Shown here one piece after another: positions 55,730-64,000 of a stretch of 64,000 bases of DNA. Below the pieces are notes generated by a model. The model had not been told where the DNA came from. It did no database searches and saw nothing but the letters and a program-made list of their open reading frames with translations. A program made the translations under genes and the position numbers. Every line of letters begins with the position of its first letter. Position 1 is the first letter of the stretch. Origin of the DNA: Acidimicrobiales bacterium (GTDB lineage: Bacteria > Actinomycetota > Acidimicrobiia > Acidimicrobiales > SZUA-35); the NCBI GenBank assembly GCA_050330635.1, contig JBHJNQ010000017.1:68840-132839 (forward strand), given 5' to 3'.

Positions 55730-57787
55730 ATGACCCCGTCGATCCGTCCCTTCCGCGCCGATCGCCTCACCCCCGCCTACATCGGGCTGGTGGTGACCGC
55801 CGGCATCATCGCCCTGGCGCTCGCCGTGGTCGGTTCCCCCCGGTCGGCCGTCGTCGGCGACCACCCGATCGTGTTCGCCACCTTCGCCGTCCTCCTCGTG
55901 GCGACGGAGGCCCGCCCCATGACCTACCTGGCCGACGGGGGTGAGGTCACTGCTTCCTGGACCTTCGCCTTTGCCCTGTTGTTCGTGGCCCCGGCGGCGG
56001 CGTGCCTGAGCGTCGTCGCCGCCACCGCCCTCGGCATCGACCTGGTCAACGGCAAGCCCCTGGCCCGGGCCGCCTTCAACGCCGCCCAGTTCGTGCTCAG
56101 CCTCTCCGCCGGGATCCTCGCCGCCTCGGCCATCACCGATCTCGTGCTCGTCCCCGGGCAACAGCCGTCGCTCCGGTGGCTGATCGGGGCGGTGGTGGCG
56201 AGCGCCGTGGCCTTCAGTGCCAACTCGTTGCTGATCAGTGTCGTCCTCGCCCTCAACGGAGGGCTGCCGGTCATCGAGATGATCCGCCGCTCGTTCGGGG
56301 TCAACATGGGCATGGACGGTGTCCTGCTGGCCATGGCACCGGTGTTCGCCATCATCGGTCTCGACGCCTGGATCCTCGTTCCCCTCCTGCTGGTCACCGT
56401 GTGGATCATCTTCCGTAGCGCCAGCATCGCCCTCGACAACCGCCATGAGGCGACCCACGACCAGCTCACCGGGATCGCCAACCGCCGCCTGTTCGAGGAT
56501 CACGCCGCGCTGCTGCTCACCGGGGCGGGCAGGAGCGGCAGCAGGGCCGGGCTCATCCACCTCGACCTCAATGGGTTCAAGGTGATCAACTACCGGCTCG
56601 GTCACTACTACGGTGATCTCATCCTCAGGGAGGTGGCGGCCCGACTACGTGACAACCGGCGTGCCATCGATCACGTTGCCCGGCTCGGCGGCGACGAGTT
56701 CGCTGTGCTCCTCGGTCGAATCGACAGCCCGGCCGACGCCCACGACGTGGCCGATCGCCTCCGGGCCGCTCTCGTCGCCCCCATGGAGATCGAGGGCATC
56801 CCGCTCGGTGTCGGGGCCAGTCTCGGCGTGGCCGTGTTCCCCGACCACGGTCAGGACCTGGCGACGCTGATGAAGTGCGCCGACGTCGCCACCTACGAGG
56901 CCAAGTCGTCATCGACCGGCGTCGTGGTGTGGGAGCCGAGGCAGGAGTCGAGCCCCGCCGGCAAACTCGTTCTGCTGAGCGACTTGGCCTCCGCCCTCGA
57001 CGCCGAGGAGCTGGGGGTGGTCTACCAGCCGAAGCTGGCCGTTGCCTCGGGCCGCATCACCGGCGTCGAGGTGCTGCTGCGGTGGGAACACCCGACGAGA
57101 GGGCTCGTCCTGCCCGGTCGGTTCATGCCCCAGGCCGAGCACACCGATCTCGTGACCCGCATCACCGACTTCGTGCTCCGATCGGCGGTCCGCCAGTGCG
57201 TGGCATGGCATGACGAGGGGATCCGCACTGGGGTGGCGGTCAACGCCTCGGCCCGCAACCTCCAGGATCTCCGCTTCCCCGATCGGATACGCCAGCTGCT
57301 GGCCGAGCACTGCCTCGATCCCGGCTGGCTCGAGCTGGAGATCACCGAGAACGCCGTCATGGCCGACGAGGTGCGGGCCGCCTCGGTGCTCGGCCATCTA
57401 CGGGCCCTCGGTGTCCGGCTGTCGATCGACGACTTCGGCACCGGCTACTCCTCCCTGGCCACGCTCCGCAACCTGACCCTCGACGCCATCAAGATCGACC
57501 GGTCGTTCGTCTCCGGCATGGCCGAGTCCGCCGGCGACCTCTCCATCGTCCGTTCCGTCATCGAGCTCGGGCACAACCTCGGTCTTGGGGTCATCGCCGA
57601 AGGGGTGGAGTCGGTCGAGGTCCTCGACCTCCTGCGAGAGCTCGAGTGCGACGAGTTCCAGGGCTACCTCGTGACCACCCCCATCGACGCCGACGCCATG
57701 GGTGCCTGGTTGAGGGCGGGATCGTTCGACGTCGACCGATCGCAACGCCAGCCCGAGCGTTCGGCCGGCCCGGAGTTGGCGGCGTGA
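55730..57787 (+). CDS. membrane-bound GGDEF-EAL protein (diguanylate cyclase/phosphodiesterase) with a ~240-aa polytopic N-terminal domain
   Basis: - GGDEF domain: RLGGDEFAVLL, with the I-site RAID 5 residues upstream.
- EAL-domain residues are intact: EELGVVYQPK, ELEITEN, SIDDFGTGYSSL, KIDRSFV, IAEGVES, QGY. Confidence 0.9.
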   Translation: MTPSIRPFRADRLTPAYIGLVVTAGIIALALAVVGSPRSAVVGDHPIVFATFAVLLVATEARPMTYLADGGEVTASWTFAFALLFVAPAAACLSVVAATALGIDLVNGKPLARAAFNAAQFVLSLSAGILAASAITDLVLVPGQQPSLRWLIGAVVASAVAFSANSLLISVVLALNGGLPVIEMIRRSFGVNMGMDGVLLAMAPVFAIIGLDAWILVPLLLVTVWIIFRSASIALDNRHEATHDQLTGIANRRLFEDHAALLLTGAGRSGSRAGLIHLDLNGFKVINYRLGHYYGDLILREVAARLRDNRRAIDHVARLGGDEFAVLLGRIDSPADAHDVADRLRAALVAPMEIEGIPLGVGASLGVAVFPDHGQDLATLMKCADVATYEAKSSSTGVVVWEPRQESSPAGKLVLLSDLASALDAEELGVVYQPKLAVASGRITGVEVLLRWEHPTRGLVLPGRFMPQAEHTDLVTRITDFVLRSAVRQCVAWHDEGIRTGVAVNASARNLQDLRFPDRIRQLLAEHCLDPGWLELEITENAVMADEVRAASVLGHLRALGVRLSIDDFGTGYSSLATLRNLTLDAIKIDRSFVSGMAESAGDLSIVRSVIELGHNLGLGVIAEGVESVEVLDLLRELECDEFQGYLVTTPIDADAMGAWLRAGSFDVDRSQRQPERSAGPELAA

Positions 57788-58353
57788 TCCTCGCCGTCGT
57801 CTTCGCTCTCGTCGTGGCGACCGTGCCGGTGCTCGGGGGTCGGCTGAGCCGCCTGGCCGAGCTCCGCATCCGACTCGGAGCGACGATCGCCGCCTCCCTC
57901 GTGCTCCAGACCGTCATCATCAGCGTGCTGCCGTCGAGCCTGCCCTTCGCCGTGGCCGCTACCCTCCACCTGTTCAGCTACGCCCTGGCCCTCGTGTTCG
58001 TGAAGGTCAACTGGCGCATCGTCGGCATGCCGGTCCTGGTGATCGGCGGTCTGCTCAACCTGGCGGCCATCGCCGCCAACGGCGGGGTAATGCCGGCCCG
58101 GGCCGGTGCCCTCGAGGCCGCCGGCAGGGCGTCGACAGAGGGTGAGTTCATCAACTCCGACGTCCAGGAGGGTGCCCGCTTGGCCCTGCTGGGCGACGTG
58201 TTCGCCATCCCGGAGCCGGTGCCCCTGGCCAACGTGTTCAGCGTCGGCGACGTCCTGCTCGTGGTCGGCGGTGCCGTCGTGGTCCACCGGGCGTGCGGGA
58301 GCAGTCTGAGGCGGCGCCGGGTCCCATCTGCTGCGCAGGCGCCCACCGCCTGA
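57784..58353 (+). CDS. small polytopic membrane protein, DUF5317-like (family recalled from memory)
   Basis: The GTG start overlaps the GGDEF-EAL stop as GTGA. 189 aa with 4-5 TM segments. Contains NGGVMP and SVGDVLLVVG. Confidence 0.6.
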   Translation: MILAVVFALVVATVPVLGGRLSRLAELRIRLGATIAASLVLQTVIISVLPSSLPFAVAATLHLFSYALALVFVKVNWRIVGMPVLVIGGLLNLAAIAANGGVMPARAGALEAAGRASTEGEFINSDVQEGARLALLGDVFAIPEPVPLANVFSVGDVLLVVGGAVVVHRACGSSLRRRRVPSAAQAPTA

Positions 58354-58481
58354 CCGGTCGAGCCAGCGGCGGGCCCGACGTTGCGTCCTCGACGGGCATG
58401 CCCACGCCGTCGCGGCCCAGTTCCAGCCTCCCCGACGCTGCCGAGATGAGCCGGTGGCCGTCCCCGGCCTAGGCTGCGGCA

Positions 58482-58871
58482 ATGGTGGAACCGGGAGGGT
58501 ACCGAGATCGACTTCGGCGCAACGCCGCCGCCGGCAAGAGGCTGCGGGACTATCAGCCCGATCTCCACCGGGCCTACTGGGAGACCCACGACCTGGCGAT
58601 GGCCCCCGGGGTGCTCGACCGCAAGACCAAGGAACTGATCGGACTGGCCCTCGTCGTGTCGATGCAGTGCGAGGTCTGCATCGCCTTCCACGTGCGGGAC
58701 TGCCTGGCCGCTGGCGCCTCGGCCGAGGAGATCTACGAGACCCTCAACGTCACGGTGATGCAGGGCAGCGGCCCGGCCATGGTCTACGCCGGGTATGCGG
58801 TGGAGGCGCTCGATGAGTACCTGGCCGGCCGCCCACCGGCCGGCGACGGCCCCGCCCCCCACCTTCACTGA
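58482..58871 (+). CDS. carboxymuconolactone decarboxylase (AhpD-like) family protein
   Basis: Contains KTKELIGLALVVSMQCEVCIAFH, an AhpD-type CxxC helix. 129 aa. Confidence 0.8.
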   Translation: MVEPGGYRDRLRRNAAAGKRLRDYQPDLHRAYWETHDLAMAPGVLDRKTKELIGLALVVSMQCEVCIAFHVRDCLAAGASAEEIYETLNVTVMQGSGPAMVYAGYAVEALDEYLAGRPPAGDGPAPHLH

Positions 58872-58902
58872 CGGTCTCGAGATCCCTGAGGCCTCGACGA
58901 CG

Positions 58903-59748
58903 ATGAACGAACAGCACACCGATCCGGTGCCGACCGTGCCCAGCGCCGCCACCGACGATCGGGTCCGACGGTTCCTCGGTCTGGAACACACCGCAGAGCC
59001 GGAACGGTGGCGGCTGCCGGTGGTCGACGCCATCTGCGGCGGCCGGGGCGCCCTCTACGGAGGCTGTGGCCTGGCCGCCGTCATCGAGGCGGCCGAGGGG
59101 GTGACGGCCAAGCCCACGGCGTGGGCCACGGTCCAGTTCGCCAGCGGCGCCACCCCACCCGACGTGGTCGACCTCGAGGTCGACGTGCTGGCCGCCGGGT
59201 ACCACATGACCCAGGTCCGGGTGACGGGCACCATCGCCGGGAACCTGTTCCTCCTCGGGCTGGTGGCCCTGGGTCGGCGCCCGGAGATCGCCCACGGTCG
59301 CTGGGAGAGGATGCCCGACGTGCCGCCCCCCGACCGCTGTCCACCCCGCAAGCTGGCCAACGAGGAGCGGCGGGGTGGCCTCCGTCCCCGCATCGACGAA
59401 CGGACCGCCACCAACGACGCCGACGGCTACCTGACGGCCGACGACGAGGGCCGGTCGGCGGTCTGGGCCACCCTCCCGGGCGGTGTCCCTCCGCTGGCCT
59501 CGGCCCTTGCCATCGTGGGCGACGACGTGTCGGCCGGGGTGGCCGCCGCCGTTGGCGCCGACGTCCGGGCCCGCAGCATCGACAACACGCTGCGCATCGT
59601 CGACCCCCGACCGTGCGACTGGGTGCTGGCCGACATAAAGGTCCACTCGGTCGGCGGTGGGCTCGGCCACGGCAACATCAACCTGTGGAGCGACGACGGG
59701 CATCTGCTGGCCATCTCCAGCCAGTCTGGCCTGGTCGGTCCCCGCTGA
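58903..59748 (+). CDS. acyl-CoA thioesterase family protein (TesB-like double hotdog)
   Basis: ATG at 58903 is in frame with the track ORF. Contains GALYGGCGLAAVIEAAE. 281 aa, a paralogue-like relative of 24490..25329. Confidence 0.6.
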   Translation: MNEQHTDPVPTVPSAATDDRVRRFLGLEHTAEPERWRLPVVDAICGGRGALYGGCGLAAVIEAAEGVTAKPTAWATVQFASGATPPDVVDLEVDVLAAGYHMTQVRVTGTIAGNLFLLGLVALGRRPEIAHGRWERMPDVPPPDRCPPRKLANEERRGGLRPRIDERTATNDADGYLTADDEGRSAVWATLPGGVPPLASALAIVGDDVSAGVAAAVGADVRARSIDNTLRIVDPRPCDWVLADIKVHSVGGGLGHGNINLWSDDGHLLAISSQSGLVGPR

Positions 59749-60039
59749 CGGCATCGCCACCGGCGCGGCGAAGCCGTCCGGCGTCGGCGTGCTCCGTCGA
59801 TCAGGCACCGCACCTCGAGGCTGGACGAACGGCCGTCCTCCCATCCGAAGCCGTGGCCCCAGCACGCGTCGGGGATGGGTCGCGCCACCTGGTAGAAGGG
59901 GAACGATGCCGATCCCGCCGTCTCGGCCCAGGTTCCCGGGATCTCGCCGTCGTCCTCCGACGCTGGGCCCTGACCGGCGCTCGCGGTCATCGGCGCCACC
60001 GGGGCGATGAGGGCGGATCGGTGGCGTCGGCGTGCTCGC

Positions 60040-61272
60040 TCACCGTGCGCCTTCGCCGTCCCAACGGACGGGGACGGTGAGCGGGCCGCGGAAGGCCCAA
60101 CCGGCGAAGCGGTAGGGCTCGGTGCCCTCGGCCACCCCGTCGGGGTCGAGACGGAGGGAGGGGCCCAGACGCTCGAACAGGCGGGGCAGGGCCACCTGAC
60201 CGACCAGGCTGCGCGACGCCGCCGCCCCGGCGCAGAAATGGGGGCCGGCGCCGAAGCTGAGGTTGGCCGAGGTGTCGCGGGTGAGGTCGAAGCGGTGGGG
60301 ATGGTCGAAGTGGGCCTCGTCCCGGTTGGCCGACGAGAACATGAGGAACACCCGCTCCTCGGCCTCGAACGTCACTTGCGCGCCGTCGACCGAGCGGTAG
60401 GTGTGGTCGGTGGCGATGCGGCGGGGTGACATCCCGATGGGCGCGATCCACCGGCAGTACTCCTCGAACACCTGGAGCCAGCTCACCTCACCCCGACAGA
60501 CCAGGTCGAGCTGGTCGGGGTGGGTGAGGAGGGCCCACACGGCGCCGGCGATGGCGTCGCGTGGCTCGTTCTGGCCCCCCGAGATCGTGAGCTTGATATT
60601 GGCCCGCACGTTGGCCAACGGCATGCCCGCCCCCAACATCACCGCCAACAGGCTGGCGTCGGGCCGGCCAGCGGCGGCAGCCGCCTCCAGCTCGGGCAGG
60701 CGATCGTCGATGGCGACATCGATCTCGGCCACCGCGGCCAGGCACCGGGCCTCGACGTCCGGATCGCCCCCATAGTTGGCCACCCCGTCGATCATGGCCT
60801 GACTCCACCGGTCGAGGTCGGCGAAGGAGATCTGGGTCAGGCCGGTCAGGGCCTTCAGGGCCTCACCGCTGAGGGCGGTGGCATAGGCCGGGACGAGGTC
60901 GGCGGCCCCCAGGGGCGCGAGGTCGTCGAGCACGGCAGCGGCCAGTCGTTCGAACTCGGCTGCCCAATGGGCCTCGACCCTGCGGGGGGAGATCGCCGGG
61001 TAGTACACGAAGCGTTCCCGCCGGTGCTCCTCGCCGTCGCTGCGCATCATGTTCTTGCCCATCAGCACGTTCATGAGGCCGCCGGGCTGATCGGAGGAGA
61101 ACACGGCCACGTTCTTCTCGCAGGCGTGGATGTCGTCGCGGCGGGTGAGCAGCGTGGCCCCCAGTTCGGGGACGAAACAGATCGGGGTCTCGGCTCGCAT
61201 CCGGGCCAGCGTGGGGTAGGGGTCGGCCCGGAACTCGGCCGGATCGAGATGGACAACCGGAGCGGTCGACAT
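60040..61272 (-). CDS. cytochrome P450
   Basis: Heme loop FGAGPHFCAGAAAS and the I-helix region ISGGQNEPRD. ATG at 61272 (MSTAPVVHLDP). Confidence 0.9.
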   Translation of the reverse strand: MSTAPVVHLDPAEFRADPYPTLARMRAETPICFVPELGATLLTRRDDIHACEKNVAVFSSDQPGGLMNVLMGKNMMRSDGEEHRRERFVYYPAISPRRVEAHWAAEFERLAAAVLDDLAPLGAADLVPAYATALSGEALKALTGLTQISFADLDRWSQAMIDGVANYGGDPDVEARCLAAVAEIDVAIDDRLPELEAAAAAGRPDASLLAVMLGAGMPLANVRANIKLTISGGQNEPRDAIAGAVWALLTHPDQLDLVCRGEVSWLQVFEEYCRWIAPIGMSPRRIATDHTYRSVDGAQVTFEAEERVFLMFSSANRDEAHFDHPHRFDLTRDTSANLSFGAGPHFCAGAAASRSLVGQVALPRLFERLGPSLRLDPDGVAEGTEPYRFAGWAFRGPLTVPVRWDGEGAR

Positions 61273-61326
61273 GCCCCGAGTCTGGGGCCATCGGGCCAGG
61301 GCTGGCAACTGGCCGACCGGTGGCGA

Positions 61327-61669
61327 TCAGCTCGGGTCGGGGCCCGGTCGCCCGTGGCAGGCGGTTCGGACCGGCTCGAACTCGAGCAGAGCGTCGGTCT
61401 GGGTTGCCGCCCACCGGTCCCGGTGACCGGTCGCCGCCAACCGGTAGTAGGCGATCCGGCGCAGCGGGTTCCACATGTTGCCGCTCTGGTTGTGGGCCAG
61501 GAGGTAGTGGGCCAGCAGCACGTCGCCCCGCCGGGCCAGCACGGGGCGACCCCGACCGAGGTCCATCGGCCTCGGCCTCGAGTTCGGCCACGACCGGCTC
61601 GGCCACGACGTCGCAGACGACGAGGTAGCCGTCGTGGCCGAAGGTGCGGAGTTGCTCAGCGTTCAGCAT
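61327..61669 (-). pseudogene. remnant of a PhyH-family dioxygenase: ~34 N-terminal codons joined out of frame to ~79 C-terminal codons
   Basis: MLNAEQLRTFGHDGYLVV (PhyH N-terminal type) runs in one frame to ~61567. GDVLLAHYLLAHNQSGN...RRIAYY (distal His/Arg strand) runs in another frame over 61566-61327. The catalytic core is missing. Confidence 0.5.
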
Positions 61670-61700
61670 CGGCGCGGACGGTGCGGGTCATGGCTCGACC

Positions 61701-62354
61701 CTAGGAGCGGACCCGGGTCCGCCGCCGCCGATTTCGTCCGGCCTCCAGCACGATCGGTCGGTGGTGTTCCCACGTGAGCGCCGGATCGTCGAGGCGGTCG
61801 GCCGGTGGGGTCCGACCCGAGGTGTGGCTGCGGGGGATGACGCCGGTTGGCCCGCACTCGGTTGGGCAATCCCGCAGGACGACGTGTCCCGCCACGGCGA
61901 ACACCGGGTACGGGATCCGCTCGTCCCACGGCACCCCCTCCGGCCGGGGCACATGGGGGCCGGCATCGAGGTGCCACCGGCCACCGCCATGGGTGTGGGT
62001 CACGTCGGGCGGGTTCCACCACGCGGTGTTGGCGATCACGTGGCAGTCCTCGCCCAACAGGGGTTCGACGACGTCGAGGATGCGGCGGTGACCGACCACC
62101 CACTGGCAGGCCGCCGAGCGGTTGAGCATCTCGTAGCGGAACTGCTCCAGCTCGACCGGGTCACGTTCCGGTCGGCGACGGTCGGCCGGCACCTGGGCGT
62201 AGACCCGCTCGATGTCGGCGGTCAACTCCGCCACCTCGCCCGCCGACAGCACGCCCCGCAGGAGGACCCAGCCCTCGTCCTGGAGGTGGTGGGACTCGTC
62301 GGGGGCCTCCTCGTCGGGGCGCCAGCGGAGGTAGCCACCCCGCCGGGTCAGCAT
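61701..62354 (-). CDS. phytanoyl-CoA dioxygenase (PhyH) family protein, apparently C-terminally truncated
   Basis: Contains WHLD (HxD of the facial triad) and VIPRSH. It ends ...PIVLEAG plus an Arg-rich tail, before the expected GD..H.s.N distal-His strand. Confidence 0.6.
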   Translation of the reverse strand: MLTRRGGYLRWRPDEEAPDESHHLQDEGWVLLRGVLSAGEVAELTADIERVYAQVPADRRRPERDPVELEQFRYEMLNRSAACQWVVGHRRILDVVEPLLGEDCHVIANTAWWNPPDVTHTHGGGRWHLDAGPHVPRPEGVPWDERIPYPVFAVAGHVVLRDCPTECGPTGVIPRSHTSGRTPPADRLDDPALTWEHHRPIVLEAGRNRRRRTRVRS

Positions 62355-62357
62355 CGC

Positions 62358-63122
62358 TCAGCCCCGGCCGACGAACGGCATGGCGGTGGCCATGACGGTC
62401 ATGAACAGCACGTTGGACTCGAGTGGTAGATCGGCCATGTAGGCGATGGCCCGACCGACGTCGTCGACGTCCATCCGGGGCTCGGGGCGAAGGGACCCGT
62501 CGGCCTGGGGGACCCCGTCGGCCATGCGGGACGTCATCGGCGTCTCGGCGTTGCCGATGTCGATCTGGCCGCAGGCGATGCGGTGGGCCCGACCGTCGAG
62601 GGCCAGCGACTTGGTGAGCCCGGTGACGGCGTGCTTGGTGGAGGTGTAGGGGGCGGAGTTCGGCCTCGGCGTCTCGGCCGAGATCGACCCGTTGTTGATG
62701 ATCCGGCCCCCGCCCGGGTCCTGGACCTTCATCTGGCGGACGGCGGCCCGGGCGCAGAGGAACGAGCCGGTGAGGTTGACGTCGACGACCCGCTGCCAGT
62801 CGGCCAGGGTGAGCTCGTCGAACGGTTTGGGCGGGGCCCCGGTGCCGGCGTTGTTGAACAGCAGATCGACCCGGCCGAAGCGGTCGACCGCCGCGGCGAA
62901 CAGGGCCGCCACGTCGGCCTCGACCCCCACGTCGGCCACCACCGTCAGACCCCGCTCCGGGTCGAGACCGGCCCCGGCGGCGAGGGCCAGGGTCTCGTCG
63001 AGGGGCTCGGCCCGGCGGCCGGCCACCACCAGCGACCACCCCCCACCGGGGGCCAACCCGAGGGCGGCGGCCCGGCCCACGCCGGTACCGCCGCCGGTGA
63101 TGACGGCGACTCGTTCGGCCAC
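62358..63122 (-). CDS. SDR family oxidoreductase
   Basis: The GTG at 63122 lies 2 nt after the stop codon (63127-63125) of the upstream acyl-CoA dehydrogenase gene. Contains [17 protein letters not shown] and YTSTKHA. Confidence 0.85.
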   Translation of the reverse strand: MAERVAVITGGGTGVGRAAALGLAPGGGWSLVVAGRRAEPLDETLALAAGAGLDPERGLTVVADVGVEADVAALFAAAVDRFGRVDLLFNNAGTGAPPKPFDELTLADWQRVVDVNLTGSFLCARAAVRQMKVQDPGGGRIINNGSISAETPRPNSAPYTSTKHAVTGLTKSLALDGRAHRIACGQIDIGNAETPMTSRMADGVPQADGSLRPEPRMDVDDVGRAIAYMADLPLESNVLFMTVMATAMPFVGRG

Positions 63123-63124
63123 CG

Positions 63125-64000
63125 CTACCTCGCGATGAGGGGGTACAGCCCGTCGGACCCGGCCGACTCGGCCAACCGGCCGACGTGGCGCTCCCACTCC
63201 TGCGGTGTGGCCCACTCGTGACGCCACGACCACAGGCGACGGGACAGGTGGTGCAGTGCGTACTCCTGGGTCATGCCCATGGCCCCGTGGGCCTGGTGGG
63301 CCCACCGGGTGGCGGTACCGGCGGCGGCATCGGCCACCGCCTTGGCCGAGGCGATCTCGAATCGGGCCCCGTCGAGATGGCGGGCGGCCTGACGGGCCGC
63401 CACCTCGGCCGCCATCCAGGTGATGGCGGCGTCCTGGGCCCCCCAAACCAGGTGCTGCTGGACGGCCTGGAACCGGGCCACCGGCCGCCCGAACTGCTGG
63501 CGTTGCTCGGTGTAGCCGACCGTGAGGCGGCTCATGGCTTCGAGGGCCCCGGCCATGAGCGACACCCGGCTCAGCGCTCCCCGCAAACGGAGGCGCTCGG
63601 GCGTGGCCTCGGCGGGGGTGCCGACGGCGTCGGCCGTCACCGTCACGCCGTCGAATCGAACGGTGGGGCGGGGCTCGCCGGCGAGATTGGTGGCGTCGTC
63701 GATCATGGCCATCGACGGCTCCACCGCCACCACCCGCAGCTCATCGCCCACCGGCACGAGCAGCACGATCCGATCGACACGAGCCGCCCACGGCACCCGG
63801 TGGACGGCGCCGTCGAGGCCAACCGATCCCCCTCCGGCATCGGTGGCCACCAGGTCGTCGTCGCCCACACCGGGGGCCACCGTCACCGGTCCGTCAGGCA
63901 GGGGCAACCCGGCGTCGGCCAGGAGCCAGCCCCCGAGGATGCCGGTCTCGGCCAGGGGCACCGGGGCGGCGTGGGCCCCGGCGATGCGGAGCACGGCGCA
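63125..64000 (-). CDS. acyl-CoA dehydrogenase family protein, C-terminal part (gene probably continues past the right edge)
   Basis: C-terminal helical-domain pattern [18 protein letters not shown] ... [23 protein letters not shown]. The 289 aa visible are short of the usual ~380. Confidence 0.75.
   Translation of the reverse strand, partial: CAVLRIAGAHAAPVPLAETGILGGWLLADAGLPLPDGPVTVAPGVGDDDLVATDAGGGSVGLDGAVHRVPWAARVDRIVLLVPVGDELRVVAVEPSMAMIDDATNLAGEPRPTVRFDGVTVTADAVGTPAEATPERLRLRGALSRVSLMAGALEAMSRLTVGYTEQRQQFGRPVARFQAVQQHLVWGAQDAAITWMAAEVAARQAARHLDGARFEIASAKAVADAAAGTATRWAHQAHGAMGMTQEYALHHLSRRLWSWRHEWATPQEWERHVGRLAESAGSDGLYPLIAR

Noticed and set aside
1-64000. Search for mobile elements, prophage, toxin-antitoxin or known defence systems.
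   Set aside because: No transposase, integrase, recombinase, restriction-modification, Cas, or short paired TA-like ORFs were recognisable. The SNF2 and NYN genes alone do not constitute a known system.

Overview
This is a 64-kb, very GC-rich and gene-dense chromosomal segment. GC is roughly 70 percent by eye, and about 90 percent of third codon positions are G/C in credible genes. The gene families point to an Actinomycetota-type genome: F420/luciferase-like monooxygenases (LLM), mycothiol/DinB-fold proteins, steroid/lipid-type thiolase plus DUF35, and many GTG starts. The organism cannot be named without a database search.

I support about 57 protein-coding features. I found no rRNA, tRNA, CRISPR array, transposase, integrase or phage genes.

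Content from left to right:
- An SNF2 helicase.
- A long run of redox and catabolic genes: 5 LLM oxidoreductases, 5 SDRs, 2 Zn-dependent MDR dehydrogenases, 2 cytochrome P450s, a GMC oxidoreductase, a D-aminoacylase, an amidohydrolase, 2 hotdog thioesterases, a thiolase+DUF35+esterase module, and 2 giant double-domain CoA-transferases.
- Transporters: 2 MFS and 1 EamA.
- A TAT-secreted DUF1800/DUF1501 pair.
- An ArsR regulator with a perfect operator palindrome.
- An AtuA plus biotin-carboxylase cluster.
- lgt and a sulfotransferase.
- A GGDEF-EAL/DUF5317 module, then a decayed PhyH pair.

No classic defence or mobile system is visible. The most unusual items are:
1. Two convergent ~810-aa tandem-fused family III CoA-transferases whose N-terminal halves have lost the catalytic Asp.
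2. An orphan DUF1611-like P-loop gene behind a long structured leader.
3. A 32-codon hydrophobic small ORF plus a perfect 16-bp hairpin immediately upstream of a translationally coupled GGDEF-EAL/DUF5317 pair.
4. A set of short 13-23-bp tandem repeats placed precisely in intergenic regions, and a (GGGGC)5 G-quadruplex tract.

All product calls come from motif recognition by eye; no homology search was run. Hand-read motif coordinates may be off by 1-2 nt. Most long alternative-frame and antisense ORFs in the track are GC-driven artefacts.
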